A stretch of 64,000 nt of DNA from the human T2T-CHM13v2.0 reference genome, Homo sapiens, in the NCBI RefSeq assembly GCF_009914755.1, contig NC_060935.1; one strand, 5' to 3'. Positions 45,146 to 61,828 of the stretch are shown in pieces. The position numbers and the translations under genes were made by a program. How positions within the stretch are numbered: the first letter of the stretch is position 1; each line of letters starts with the position of its first letter. The notes below the pieces were generated by a model, which was not told the DNA's origin, did no database searches, and worked only from the letters and a program-made list of their open reading frames with translations.

Positions 45146-46454
45146 TAGGACTATAAGTTTCATCTTAGAGATGAGGAAACTGAGGCTCAGAAAGGTTAAG
45201 TAACCTGTGCAAAGTCACACAGCTAGTAATTCAGACATCTTGCACCAGAGCTAACCCTCGGTCACTGCACTGCCTCTGAGGTCTGAAGTGCCCCCAGTTA
45301 TAGATTGTTTAAGCTAGAGGATTATCTACCATCCAATAATCAGACTGGTAGCTATGGGTCATCTAGGATGGCCAGAAACTTAACACACATTCTCAAGATT
45401 CTCCCTTGCAACCACCCTGGGTAGTGGGCAGAGGCTCAGAGAGAAGCAATGACTCCCTAAGGTTCCCCAGGCTCATAAGTGGTGGAGTTGCAATTAGACC
45501 TCAAGGTAAAAACATAATAGCCGCCTTTTTGTCAATCGAGAGATATTTTTGACTTACCCAAAAAAGGAAACTTTCGTGTCATTCTTTCCTTGGATGCCAC
45601 AAATGGTTCTCACCTGCAGAATCGATCCAGACTTGCTGCCCAGAGAGCTTGGAGAGATAAAGCTGGAGATGAAGTGGGGCTTAGGCTCCAAACCAGGGAC
45701 AAGTGGAGCTCGTACTGGTCTGTGCTGTAGACCCTGGGAGTTCCTGGAGAGGGGTCACTGTCTCTCTCCTGGTCCTGGCCCTGATCCTTCCCCAGCCCCT
45801 TCTCCAGTGGCTGTTGTCCCACCCCCTTCTCCCCTTGTTCCTCTGGTGTCTTCCTGGAACCCTCAGTGGAGACCCCACCCCCCAGATATGGGGTAGATTG
45901 AGTTAGGAAATTTGAGGCGGATGACGTGTGCAAGGTCATCGGGGTGGGAAGAGCTGGGCCTACCTCGAATGCCTGTCTCATGACCCCCTGACTCTCAGGA
46001 CCTCAGGCCTAGTTCCTGTGTGGCCTTGCCAGGGAGGTGGATGTTATCCTGAAGAATCCTGGACCCGGATGCTGCCATTCACTCAGCCCACAGCCATTTA
46101 CTGTCCTCTCTCCTGCATTGAGAGCCAGGGAGAGCGCTGGACATGGGCCCCGCCCTCAGGGAGCTCCAAGCCAGGTGGGAGAGACAGGCAGCACCAGACT
46201 GATAACAGGAAGGTCCAGGGAGGCACCACTCATCCTGTGGGCTCGGGAAGGCTTCCTGAAAGAAGTGGTTTCTAAAGAGCCCTAATGGGAGACAGGATGG
46301 CCATCCAGGATATAAGCTGTTCTGTGAGGCTGTCTGGAGAGTGGGGTGGGGCGTGCCAAGGGATGTGGCTGGAGGCTGCCACGGAGGCACAGGTCATATG
46401 TTAAAGAGCTTATGGTTGGCTTCCAAGAGCTGTGCAGGGCCATGGAAAGATGTT

Positions 46455-46488
46455 TGTGTGTGTGTGTGTGTGTATGTGTGTATATGTG
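46455..46488. repeat. (TG)n imperfect microsatellite
   Basis: TG/TA alternation. Confidence 0.9.
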
Positions 46489-46717
46489 TTTTAACTTTTT
46501 ACTATCGAACATTGGAAAAATAAAAGTAGATTAGTGTAATGAAACCTCAAGTGTCTGTCGCCCAGCTTCAAGCATTATCAGCTCATGGCCAATAGTGATC
46601 CATTTATACCCACTAATTCCCCCCTGCATCTGATTATTCTGAAGCAAATTCCAGGCATCCTATCACTCTGGACAGGTTTTCAGCCCCAGAGTGATGTGGA
46701 CATAGTTGTCCTTAGAT

Positions 46718-46895
46718 CAGTCTTTCTCAAACTTGAGTATGCTAAGAAAGCACTTGGGGAGTTTGTGAAAAGGAATCCATGCCCACTCCCAGAGATTCTG
46801 ATTCAGGGGGTCTGGGCTGGGGTCAGGACATGAGCATTTGAGATAAGCTCCTGGGTGGTGCCCATGCTGTCTGTCCCTGAACTGCAGCTGGGCAG
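46718..46895. mobile_element. MER5-like MITE
   Basis: CAGTCTTTCTCAAACTTGAG...CCCAGAGATTCTGATTCAG. Confidence 0.7.
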
Positions 46896-47157
46896 TGCCG
46901 GGATACGTTCTCACTTGTTTTTCTGAGTCTCAGCTTCCTCATCTGTGAAGTGGCAATTAGAAGCCCTTGTAGGGTTGCAGTGAGAATTGAGAAAGCTGTG
47001 ATTTGAAGTGCCAGTGCCATGCCTGGCATACAGAAGGTGACCAGGGGGTGGTTCTCTCCTCTCTGAGGAGCGGTCAGGGTAGTATGGGGTGGAGGGTTTG
47101 AGGGTGGAGGAGCCTGGCAGCCATGGCCTCACCTGGCACACCTCCTTGTTCCCACAG

Positions 47158-47460
47158 AAACACCTGGCTGGGCTGGGCCTGACTGAGGCCATTGACAAGA
47201 ACAAGGCCGACTTATCACGCATGTCAGGCAAGAAGGACCTGTACCTGGCCAGCGTGTTCCACGCCACCGCCTTTGAGTTGGACACAGATGGCAACCCCTT
47301 TGACCAGGACATCTACGGGCGCGAGGAGCTGCGCAGCCCCAAGCTGTTCTACGCCGACCACCCCTTCATCTTCCTAGTGCGGGACACCCAAAGCGGCTCC
47401 CTGCTATTCATTGGGCGCCTGGTCCGGCCTAAGGGTGACAAGATGCGAGACGAGTTATAG
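47158..47460 (+). CDS. SERPINH1: SERPINH1 last coding exon (KHLAGLGL...KMRDEL*), serpin signature FYADHPFIF and RDEL ER-retrieval signal
   Basis: CACAG| acceptor; 303 nt; total CDS 622+99+233+303=1257 nt = 418 aa plus stop. Confidence 0.99.
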
Positions 47461-47516
47461 GGCCTCAGGGTGCACACAGGATGGCAGGAGGCATCCAAAG
47501 GCTCCTGAGACACATG

Positions 47517-47523
47517 GGTGCTA
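47517..47523 (+). promoter_or_regulatory. SERPINH1: miR-29 seed match (7mer-A1, GGTGCTA) in SERPINH1 3'UTR
   Basis: Complement of the miR-29 seed AGCACC followed by A; a second 6mer GGTGCT at 47895-47900. miR-29 is a known repressor of collagen-pathway genes. Confidence 0.7.
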
Positions 47524-48138
47524 TTGGGGTTGGGGGGGAGGTGAGGTACCAGCCTTGGATACTCCATGGGGTGGGGGTGGAAAAACAGACCGGGGTTCCC
47601 GTGTGCCTGAGCGGACCTTCCCAGCTAGAATTCACTCCACTTGGACATGGGCCCCAGATACCATGATGCTGAGCCCGGAAACTCCACATCCTGTGGGACC
47701 TGGGCCATAGTCATTCTGCCTGCCCTGAAAGTCCCAGATCAAGCCTGCCTCAATCAGTATTCATATTTATAGCCAGGTACCTTCTCACCTGTGAGACCAA
47801 ATTGAGCTAGGGGGGTCAGCCAGCCCTCTTCTGACACTAAAACACCTCAGCTGCCTCCCCAGCTCTATCCCAACCTCTCCCAACTATAAAACTAGGTGCT
47901 GCAGCCCCTGGGACCAGGCACCCCCAGAATGACCTGGCCGCAGTGAGGCGGATTGAGAAGGAGCTCCCAGGAGGGGCTTCTGGGAAGACTCTGGTCAAGA
48001 AGCATCGTGTCTGGCGTTGTGGGGATGAACTTTTTGTTTTGTTTCTTCCTTTTTTAGTTCTTCAAAGATAGGGAGGGAAGGGGGAACATGAGCCTTTGTT
48101 GCTATCAATCCAAGAACTTATTTGTACATTTTTTTTTC

Positions 48139-48144
48139 AATAAA
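48139..48144 (+). terminator. SERPINH1: SERPINH1 polyadenylation signal
   Basis: AATAAA with upstream TGTA and T-tract and downstream TTTTGTTGG. Confidence 0.9.
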
Positions 48145-48453
48145 ACTTTTCCAATGACATTTTGTTGGAGCGTGGAAGAAGATTGGATCAGGAGATTCTT
48201 ACACCATTCTTCCCAGGGGACAAGGTCTCCTGTTAAGGCAGACTCACTACTGATGGCTCATATCAGGCCCTGGAATGCTGGCAGATCGCTGGCAGATCAC
48301 TGTGCAGACAGCGCCAAGTGGCAGGTGCATTCCGTGCTGACCCGGGAAATGGTTCTGGCTCTGGCAGCCCTGGAGAAGTAGCAGCTGCAGGACCTGAATG
48401 AGAGCACTGGACCTGGAGCCAGTCTTCAGCCTCTTCGCCTTTCTTTCTTTACC

Positions 48454-48588
48454 CTTTTTTTAAGATGTGAATCTTGCTATATTGCCCAGGCTGGACTCAA
48501 ACTCCTGGGTTCCAGCGAACCTCCTTCCTCAGCCTCCTGAGTAGCTGGGACTACAGGCAGGGCTATGGGCATGAGCCACTATGCCCAG
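48454..48588 (-). mobile_element. FLAM / Alu monomer
   Basis: TTGCCCAGGCTGG...CTCAGCCTCCTGAGTAGCTGGGACTACAGG. Confidence 0.8.
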
Positions 48589-51500
48589 CTCCCCTAGCCT
48601 TTCCTTGCACGCTGACCTCATGCTACATCCAGGGCTACAGGTACAAACTCAGGCACACATTTAGTAAGTTGCCTGGCTTTGGGCTGGGCTTTGGAAGGAG
48701 ATTGTGGGGATCCTTGCCCTTAGGTGGCCCGAAGTGTTGGATTTGTAGCAGGGGAGGAGGAGGCACCCAACACGGTCCTTTTTGACACAGTCCTCCGGTT
48801 GGATGCCTCATGGTCCTTAGGGCTCCTGACACCGTACCTTAGGGAGAGAGAGGGATGCACGGAACAGAGCCAGTGGCCAGGGAGGCAGAGGAGCAGAGGA
48901 TATTGGGCTGGAGGCCCATTTCTGCTGCCTGCTGGCCTTTTAACCTAGGACAGGTCATTTTTCTCTCTGGGCACGTCCAGCTTTCCTCTGCCAAAGATTG
49001 TGACCTGGGGGTTGTTGGTTCAGGAAGGGACCCCTTACCTGGCTGAGCAATCCAGCAGTAGCCACCAAGATGTACATGGGTCTGCAGAAGGGCCAGCTGA
49101 TTCACTCCCATCATTGCCACGACAGAGTTTCAGCAAGACTGCTCAGAGTCCCAGGGCCATCCTGTGCTTCGGCTCAATCATTCAGATCTCTATCCTCAAG
49201 GGGCTTTGTCTAGAGGTGGACACTTAGGGATAGGGTACTCAGTGCTCACTGTGTTCCAGGCACCTGGATCATTCTGTTCCAGGTGTGCCACGCTTGTCCC
49301 CCTGCCTCAGGGACTTTGCACTAGCTGTCCTTTCTGCCTGGCAGGCGGTTCTTGTAGATGTTTGCAGGGTTGCTTTTTGTCATCCAGGATTCAGCGTAAA
49401 CGTCTGCTCAGAGAGGCCTTCCCTGACCACCCTACACAACCAGTCCCTCTCCCACCTCAGTTTCTCTACCATGATTTCTCACTTTACTGACTCCTTAGCA
49501 CTATGAAATTACCCACTTAAGACTTCCCTGCCTGCCTCCCCTCTTAGAATGGAAGCTCCATGAAGAGAGGGTCCATGGCTGTTTGTCTATTGCAGCAAAT
49601 CCTGCACCTAGCTTTAGCATCATGCACATATCGAGGAAGGCTCCCAGGAGGAGGTGATATGGGGGCTGCTTTAAAGGGTGAGTAGGCATTTCTGGATCAG
49701 AATAATGCTTTGAGTGCAACCAGCTGGTACGCCTTTGTGTTTTGCTCTTCCTATGTGCCAAATACTTAATATGTACAATTTTATCCAAGCTTCCTAACAG
49801 CTTGGCTAGTTAGGTAGGGATTGTCCCCATCTTACAGGTGAGATAACAGGCTGAGCAGTTAAGTGAGCTGCCTGAGGCCCTACAGTCAGTGGGGGCCGAG
49901 CTGGGACTAGATCCTAGTCGGTTGGGTAGTTGCTTCGCCACATAGGAAGGGCAGGAGAGGCCCCTAACACAGTGCCTGGAACCCAGCACTGAGCACAGAT
50001 TCTAGTAATGAAGGCATGTTAACTTGCATACGATCTGTATCCATCTCTCTTAATCCTTGCAATAGCCCCGTTAGGTGGGAAGTCATCCTAACTTTACAAG
50101 GTGTAGCTCAGAGAAGGCAGAGACTGGGCTGGAACCCAGGCCTCCTGGCCCTGAAGTTCAGCCTGTGACAGCTCCCCCACCAAGTGGGAATGGGCAGTAA
50201 AATAAGCCAGGCCCGGGTGTGGGGCCACCGAGAGGACCCAAAGGGGGTCTTGAGGCCACGCTCCTCCATCCTGACTCAGGTGGGGAGGGTGGTAAGAGGT
50301 CTGTGCTGTTGCATCTCAAACACCCGTCCGTGAGGACTGGAGTTGCTGGTGTGTGAGTGGCAGTGCAGGTGGCAGAGGTGGGTGAGTTAGGGGTGGGGTG
50401 GGGTCTAGAGGTTGGTCCAGCCAGTGTTGCTGCCCCCCAGTGCCCCATCACTGCCCTGTGTGGAGCTTTCCTGCTGCCTGGAGGCCATTGGAGGGATTAC
50501 CCTGTTATTCTCACCCTGGTGCTTGTTAAAGTCTTGGGAGATAATAAGCCTGTTGGATTGTGCGGGTCCCAGATGTGGATGCGGATTAGCCTTCTCCTGA
50601 GTGCCTACTGTGTGCCTGGCACTGCCATGTATGATTTCATTTACTTTTCAGACTTCCCTCCAGAGTAGCTATTACTGCTCCATGTTATGGACAAGAAAAC
50701 TGGGGCTCAGAGAGGGGAAGTGACCAGCTCAAGGCCACCCAGCAGGACAGTGACAGAGCTTGGCTCACATGGGAACCCAGGTTTCCTGGCTGTAGAGGAA
50801 GGAGAAGTTACTGACGTGTGTGAGCTCCATGCTCCACAGTTTGCAGGGGGCGGTCACCCATCTTTTCCCCAGTCCCTGCAGCACGGGGCTTGTTGTCCTG
50901 ACACTCCAGCTGTGACCTCTGCGACAGCATGCCCTTGTCTGCCTGTGTCCTGCTGCATCCCCGCACTTAACACAATGCCCGGCACACAGGAGGCGCCTAA
51001 TAAATGCACCTTCTAAGGAAGCAGTCTAGTGGGAGCTGTGGTGTTTAGCAGCAGAGGCGTTGGAGCCTGACAGACCTGATGGGCGTCCCAGCTCTGCCAC
51101 TTCCTAGCAGTGTGACCATGGGTCAGTTACTTACCTTCTCTGAGCTTCAGTTTCCTCAGTAGTAAGGTGGAAATGATAACAGTACTTACCTCATAAGGTT
51201 GTGGTGAAAGTTAAATGAGGTAATCCATGGTACTTGGCAAATACATAGCCAATAAACATTATTAGTAGTTACTAATAAGAGAAGGTAGTGATTCAAAATC
51301 ATACAGCAGAGCTGGGATTTGAGCCTACCTCTCTGCAACTGTAAAAAGCCTGACCCCTTCCATTATGCCACAGTGCCTTGGGTTCAGGCTGGGCTGAAGT
51401 GTCAGGGGAGACTCCTGGAAGAAGGGGCTGGAGCTGGACGACAAGAAGGAAAGAAGCATTCCAGATGTGAAGAACAGCTGGAACAGAGGTGCAGCAGTTG

Positions 51501-52244
51501 CGATGGGCAGGGTGATCGTGGAACACAGGGAGGGGGGTGGTGAGGAGGGTTGAAGTGGGAGATGGAGGATTGAACTGCTACATGATGGGAACCCCCTGGA
51601 TAAGGCACTCAGAGGGTCAGTGAGCATTATTAGAGGCAGGACAGATGGCCCTCGCCACTCAATCCCTCTGAGTTTCCCAATCCTCTGTCCCGCCACTCCC
51701 GCTAACTCTACAGCCCCTCTCAGTTCTCACCATCTCCCCTTCCCATTTGCCCATGCTGTCTCCTCTGCCTGGTCCCAGGCCCCTCCCATCTCTGCCTGTT
51801 GAGCCCCCTCATCCTTAGAGGCCTATTTCAAAGGATACTATAACCCCCAGGGAACCTTCCAGGCCCCTAGACAGAAGCATGACAGCATGCACAGCAGCAT
51901 CCCTTCAGGTGCCCTGGAGACACACCATCCTTCATGCATCTTGCTGCCGTCTTCCGTTTTCTCAAGTGTGACTTTTCTCAGTCTGCTCAGCCCCACCACG
52001 TGGTCGTCTCCAGTGCCCCATCCCTCGGGGCGCACCCAGTTCACACTGACCCGCCTGGCTGCTCCAGCAAGAATGAGGAAGTGGCTTTGTATTGAAAAGA
52101 CCCACGCTGAGAAGTGGACAGCTCTTTTCCTTTCTTTTTTTCCATGTCATTTCTCCATTTACCCATTCTTGGTGTAAGCAGAGGTCCCAAGCTCAGCAGG
52201 GGAAAATCCAGGCAGAGGAGAGTGCACTGAGCCACATTTTCTGA

Positions 52245-52535
<291 letters not shown>

Positions 52536-52746
52536 TTCTGATTTCTTAAGACATGAATTTGAGGCTGCCGTTGCCAAATTACGTAGTCAATTTATCAGTT
52601 GAATTCATAGGACTGCTCTGTCTCAGGTGAAACTTAGGGCACTGACCTCGATGAGAATGAGACAGTGTCATATGGGAAGATATGGACAATTTAGAGGCCC
52701 CCCCCGCCCCCGCCCCCGCCCCCGCCCCAACAACATCTACTCCACC

Positions 52747-52763
52747 GCGCCTCCTAGTGGCAG
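52747..52763 (-). promoter_or_regulatory. Candidate CTCF site
   Basis: Minus strand CTGCCACTAGGAGGCGC has one mismatch to the core CCASYAGRKGGCRS. Confidence 0.6.
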
Positions 52764-53299
52764 AAGCAGTCCTTGCTCCTCTACCTGCGGAGGCTCCTGC
52801 TGCCTTGCCCGAAGATCTTGCAATGACCTTGCCTGGAAGTTATCCTGCAGCGTTTTAGTTATTTATTGCTGAGTAACAGGCCACTCCACATGTAGTGACT
52901 TAATTGGGTTTGCTCAGATGACTGCAATCACTGGATGCTGGGCTCAGCTGGGATAGTTGGAATGGCTGATGCTGGGCCTCTCTGTCTACAGCATCCTCCT
53001 TCCCAGTTTCTTCATGGCACGGTGACCTCAGGATTCCGGGAGAATGGAGGCAGGAGCTAAGCATCTGAGGCCTGGGCTCTGCAACTTGCATTATGTCACT
53101 TATAATACATTCTCCTGGTTAAAGCTAGTCATCAGGCCAACCCAGATTCAAAGCGTGAAAACTAGACTCCTCTTCTGGAGCATAATATGGTGGGCATCTG
53201 TCACCTGAGGAGAGGCCAGTTCTCTTCATGCCCCACTCACGTTGTCTCCAGCCCCATCATGGATAGATCCTTGCCTGCCTAATTCCTGAGTCAAGTCTG

Positions 53300-55900
<2,601 letters not shown>

Positions 55901-56166
55901 GTGGGAGGCACCAAGGGATTGTGAAAGTAATTAATGACTGTAACACACAGTGTGTTCTTTTCTCAGGGATACTTGGGTTATATGTGCTCAGTGGTTGCTA
56001 AATGAGATGTCAGTAAATTATGCATCAGGTATGAAAACACACTTGACTTCTCTCCTTTCTTATCCCCCTTATCCGAAATCGGGCTTCTGTTTCTTCTACT
56101 CTAGAGAGTCTACAATTGCCAAAGTCAGTGATCTCTTTATTGCTACTTTAAAAAAAACTAATTTCA

Positions 56167-56875
<709 letters not shown>

Positions 56876-58479
56876 TCAACAGATTCTAAATCCATATTGC
56901 AGGGAAGCCGTTATGGTCTCTAACCCTGTTAACTCTTCATCCTTGATGTCTTCCCCAAGGTGACATTCCTTTCTAGTTTTCTTCTGACTCCTCTGCTGCT
57001 TTAGGGCAGCCTCCACTTGGGGGCTCCTTCTTCTGCCTGTCCCCTGAATGTGGGTGTTTCCCAGCGCTCTGTCCTGACCCCATCCGTCTCTCGCTTTCCA
57101 CACTCCTGCTGGGTAAACTCACCCTCTCTCATAGCCTTTTTACCTTCTGTGGGTTGGCGAGGCTCACATTTCAATGAGGTCTGCATCTCCGCCTTCAGCT
57201 CAGACCCTTTTCCCAGTCTCAGACCACCATGTCCAGAAGTCTGGACACCAAATTGAGTCCATCCTCCTGCCAAAACAAGCTGTTTCCTGGATTCCCATTA
57301 ATCCACACAACAATAGAGATCTACTCATATTTATTAGATACCAATTTTTATGTAAGAAAAAAATGTAAGATTCTGGAACAAGCCAAAGAAATTACTGCTA
57401 CATGAAAAAGATGGACAATAACAAGTGTTGGTAAGGATGTGGAGAAACTGGAACCCTCCTACACTGTGGGTGGGAATGTAAAACAGTGAAGCCCTGGCCC
57501 ACCCAGAACCAGAATAAACGCCGTAGAGGATTTTTCCCCTTTTCCCCCCACTTCAAGAGATGGGCTCTTGAGCACAGTAGAATGATCAGAGCTCACTGCA
57601 GCCTTGAGCTCCTGGGTTCAAGCCTCAGCCTCCGAAATAGCTGGAACTACAGGCATGCACCACCACACCCAGCAGAGGATGTTGAACTGATGGCCCAAGG
57701 TGGAGAGGGAGTGAAAGTGCAGGTGCTTTGATGGATGAGGGATGGAGTGGCTTCCCTCCGGGAATGAAGGTGTGCAGAAAGGGCCACGCGCCTGCGGGCT
57801 GGGTTGCAGGGCCTCTGAGGGATGGGCTCAGATGTGGAAGCTATAGGAATGCCTGGGCAAACTGGGCAGAAATACCACAACCTGGGCAGGCTTTGGGAGG
57901 TCCCCAGCCAAGCCCTAGGGAGAGGGAGAGGGGCTGCCAGCCCCCCGGCTTGGGCTCAGGGAAGCCATTGTGATTCTTCTCAGGATGGCCTGAACCTCCT
58001 GGAATTGTGATAAGCCCCAAAGACAGGATGAGGCTCCAGGAAAATGACTAATATCAGATTTCCTGTCAACCGTGGCAACGAGAGAAGGGGGCTCCCAGTC
58101 TATTTAATTAGATTTACCAAAATAAAGACGTGGCATTTCTTACACCTGAGTGCCATGCTGTGATGCATAGACTGAATTACAAATTGTGAGATGGGTGAGG
58201 TAAGAGGGGGTGGCCATAGAGATAGTGAAAAGTGGGCAAATTTGCTATTTAGCAGGAAGGCCAGGCAGGTCTTACTGATAGTTTGGAAGCTGAGGGTCGG
58301 AGACTGGTACTGAAAAGGATTTCCCGGTTTCTGGCTGAGAACTGGGTCAACCCGAGTGCATTCCCACCCACTTCCTCTAGACCATCCATCCACTCAGCGG
58401 CACAGACTCCCGAAAGTGTCGCTCCAGTCCGAGTTGGCTCCTGTCCCTTGTCCACATAGACCGTCTCCCCGCTCCCCCA

Positions 58480-59335
58480 ATATGGCACAAGGTGCCTAGG
58501 CCGTGTGGGGCGTCGGCAGGTATCACGGGTGGGGTCCATTGTGTGAGGACTAACATCGCGGCCTTTCCCCAGACCAGCCACCGGGGACTCCAGAGAGGCC
58601 TCGGCCCAGCTCCCGGAAAGGGTCTCCCAGCCAGGCCTTCTAGCGGCCCAAAGCGGGTAGGCAGAGCGCAGATACCGGGGCCTCTTTCGCCCACCCTCGC
58701 CAGGGCACTATCCTTCCCACCGGCCCGATCCCGCGTCCCGAGGTCTCGCGGGGCCAGGCTGCACGGGCGGCGGAGCCCGGAGCCCGGGGCGGGGCCGGAG
58801 ATGAGCCTGCAGGCGGGGGGCTGTGCGAGTGCGCGGGGACGGGGGCTGCTGTTTCCGAGCCGAGAGCCCTGGTAGCGGGGCTCTGTGGGCGGAGACGCCC
58901 TCCCGAGCCTGGGCATCTTCGGAGTGGGACTCTCGGGTCGGAGTTCCGCCGCCGGCCCATCCAGTTTCAGCGGGTCGCCTTTGCCTCTGGGCCGGGTGGG
59001 GAGCCTCCCATTCCAGAGACCCCCCGACTCCCTGCCCCTCGCGGCGTAGGGGCGCCCTTTCTGCGGCGCCGCGGGGCCGTCCTCTCCCCTCCCCGGGCGG
59101 CTGCAGCAGGGGCGCGGGAGCCCGCGGACTGCGGGGTTGCGGTCGCCCCTGCTTTGTGAGTTCCCGCAGCTGGGAGGAAGAAGGAGAGGAGGGAGGAGGG
59201 AGAGGTGGGGAAGGGGACGCCGCGGGAGACTGGGAAGTGGCTGCCGCAGGGAGGAGCTAGGCCTCGAGTGAAGCCTGCTTGTAAGAAGGGCCAGGAGAGT
59301 CGGGTGCGCCCCCGCCCTCCCTGCCCCACCCCAAG
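58480..59335. promoter_or_regulatory. Intergenic (orphan) CpG island
   Basis: Dense CpG, GC boxes GGGGCGGGGC (~58786) and CCCCGCCC (~59310); not repeat-like. Confidence 0.8.
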
Positions 59336-60018
59336 ATGGGGACCCAGAGCCCCTCCTCCCGCACTGGGCCTTCTTTCTGGGTAGTGGAGGGCTGGACTGG
59401 ACTGAGCTGGGAAGGCCTGCAGCTCAGAGGCGCTGCTCTGTGCGTCAGGACCGGCTTGCAAATGAAGATGTTGAGGGGCTGGCTCTGGGCTCATAGCAGA
59501 AACTGCCAGATCTAGCGGCCACCCCTCAGTCCTCATCTGCGCCGGCCCTCCCAGCTTTCGACCCGGCCTCACTGTCTCCTGATTGAATCACTCCGGGCAC
59601 CACAGTTCCCTGGTTCCTCCTTACAGCTCCGGGCCAGCCCCTCTGAACTTTTTCTGGGCGATTCTCTCTGACCTCTTAAGTCCGCAACGCTTGGAACAGG
59701 ACCCACATCTCTTTCCATTCTGACACTCTCTGAGGGAGCGCAGCGTCCTTCATGTGGGGCTTGTGACCATCCTCCCCCCAGCCCCAGGGCAGCTGACTAC
59801 CAGGCCCTGTTTCCAGACGTCTCTTCAGAGGTCAAGCCTTGGTAGCCAGTGGCCTGGACATCTGCCCCCGGGTGTCTCGGAGGCCCTCAGGGAAACCTTG
59901 TTCTGCTTCTCAGAGATGGCGCCACGGTTCGCTTGGCCTGTGGAAACGTGTGTGTCATGGGACCTGGTGTGTGGGTCAGAGGAAGGACTGGGAGGAGGAG
60001 GAAGGTGTCCACATGCGA

Positions 60019-60327
<309 letters not shown>

Positions 60328-61360
60328 TAGCCTCAATGTGGCCTTGTCTTATCTTCAGGTTTCTGACTATTGGAGCTCATATGGCAGCAAGCTCTGAGGG
60401 CTACTTTTGTGTTGGGCCAAAAAAAGCCAACCTCACTGTGAAGAAACGTCTCTCTCTCTCTTTCTCTGTGTGTGTGTGTGTGTGTTTGTGTGTGTATAGA
60501 CAAAACCCTAGTGCTGTTGGGAACGGGGTGAGGAGGCAGGCTTGGGGCCAGTTGGATGGGGAAGGCTTGCTTAGAAAACTAGACTATTTGGGTGTCCTCC
60601 ATACTGTATTTCCTCTGATGATTTTCCTGTAAGAACTGAGCTGAGCTCCTTTGAAAGGGATAGCAGTATTCCTTGGGAGCCAGCTTTGGTGGGGGCAACT
60701 GGTGGAGCCTCCACCCTAGCTTCTTGGGGGCTCTGGGCTTTGAAAGGGAGGCTGTAATATGGCCTTGCGGCCCCTGCCAGTGGCATCCCGGCCGGACCCA
60801 TCTTTGACTGAGGCTGAGCCCCAGGCCCGCTGGCAGCTCCCAGCCGTCCTCCCCACAGCCTGGCTGTGGCTGTTCCTCGGCCTGCCAGCCCCACAATCAC
60901 AGCCCACAGGACGCACCCCCACTCCCTCCCTGATTTCCTGGAATTCAGAAAATGGATCACCCCTGCCTCGTCCTAGTTTTCCACCCCAGAGACCTGCCAT
61001 ACCCTTGGTCAAGTCCTCATGCAAACCAGATTCCTTTCATTCAAGGACTTTCAGAGGGAGCGTTACCCGGTCCTCAGCCACACCCATGCCGCCCTGTCTG
61101 CCCTGTCTGGACTGCCTAGACTCCATCAGAACTCTACAGCCACTTTCTCTGGAAAGCCTTCCTGGCTGCTCTTGCCAGGTGTTCTCTCTTCACTGGCCTC
61201 TCAAAGCCAGGTCTTGACTTGTCCTAGGGCCTCATCCCATACCATGTTTTATTGTCATAATATTCTTTCCCATAGTGACCCCAGTGCTCAGCACTGAGCC
61301 TGGCACAAAGTGCATGCTAAGGACAAGCTTGCTGCACGGAGAAATGAATGGGGACTTCAG

Positions 61361-61368
61361 ATATACAT

Positions 61369-61401
<33 letters not shown>

Positions 61402-61524
61402 CGTGTATATATATATATACGTGTGTATATATATATACGTGTATATATATATATACGTGTATATATATATATACGTGTATATATATATATACACACACAC
61501 ATACATACATACACATACACACGC
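61361..61524. repeat. Compound purine/pyrimidine-alternating microsatellite with an 18-bp period
   Basis: (CA)n-(TA)n with ACGTG at 61401, 61419, 61437, 61455 and 61473. Confidence 0.95.
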
Positions 61525-61828
61525 TTTTTTTTTTTGAGACCGAGTCTCGCTCTGTCGCCCAGGCTGGAGCCAGGCTAGAGTGCAGTGGCACAATCTCGGC
61601 TCATTGCAACCTCTGCCTCCCAGGTTCAAGTGATTCTCCTGCCTCAGCCTCCTGAGTAGCTGGGTTTACAGGTGCCTGCCACCGCACCCAGCTAATTTTT
61701 TTATTTTTAGTAGAGACAGGGTTTTTACCATGTTGGCCGGGCTGGTCTCGAACTCCTGACCTCAGGTGATCCACCCACCTAAGCCTCCCGAAGTGCTGGG
61801 ATTACAGGCGTGAGCCACTGTGCCTGGC
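61525..61828 (-). mobile_element. Alu (AluS) with a small internal duplication
   Basis: CCAGGCTGGAG/CCAGGCTAGAG duplication inside a reverse Alu. Confidence 0.92.

Noticed and set aside
58377-59572. ORFs of 100-200 aa in the orphan CpG island
   Set aside because: GC-driven, overlapping on both strands, no domain similarity.
61232-61655. YI/HV/TC-repeat ORFs
   Set aside because: Translations of the (TA)/(CA) microsatellite and the adjacent Alu.
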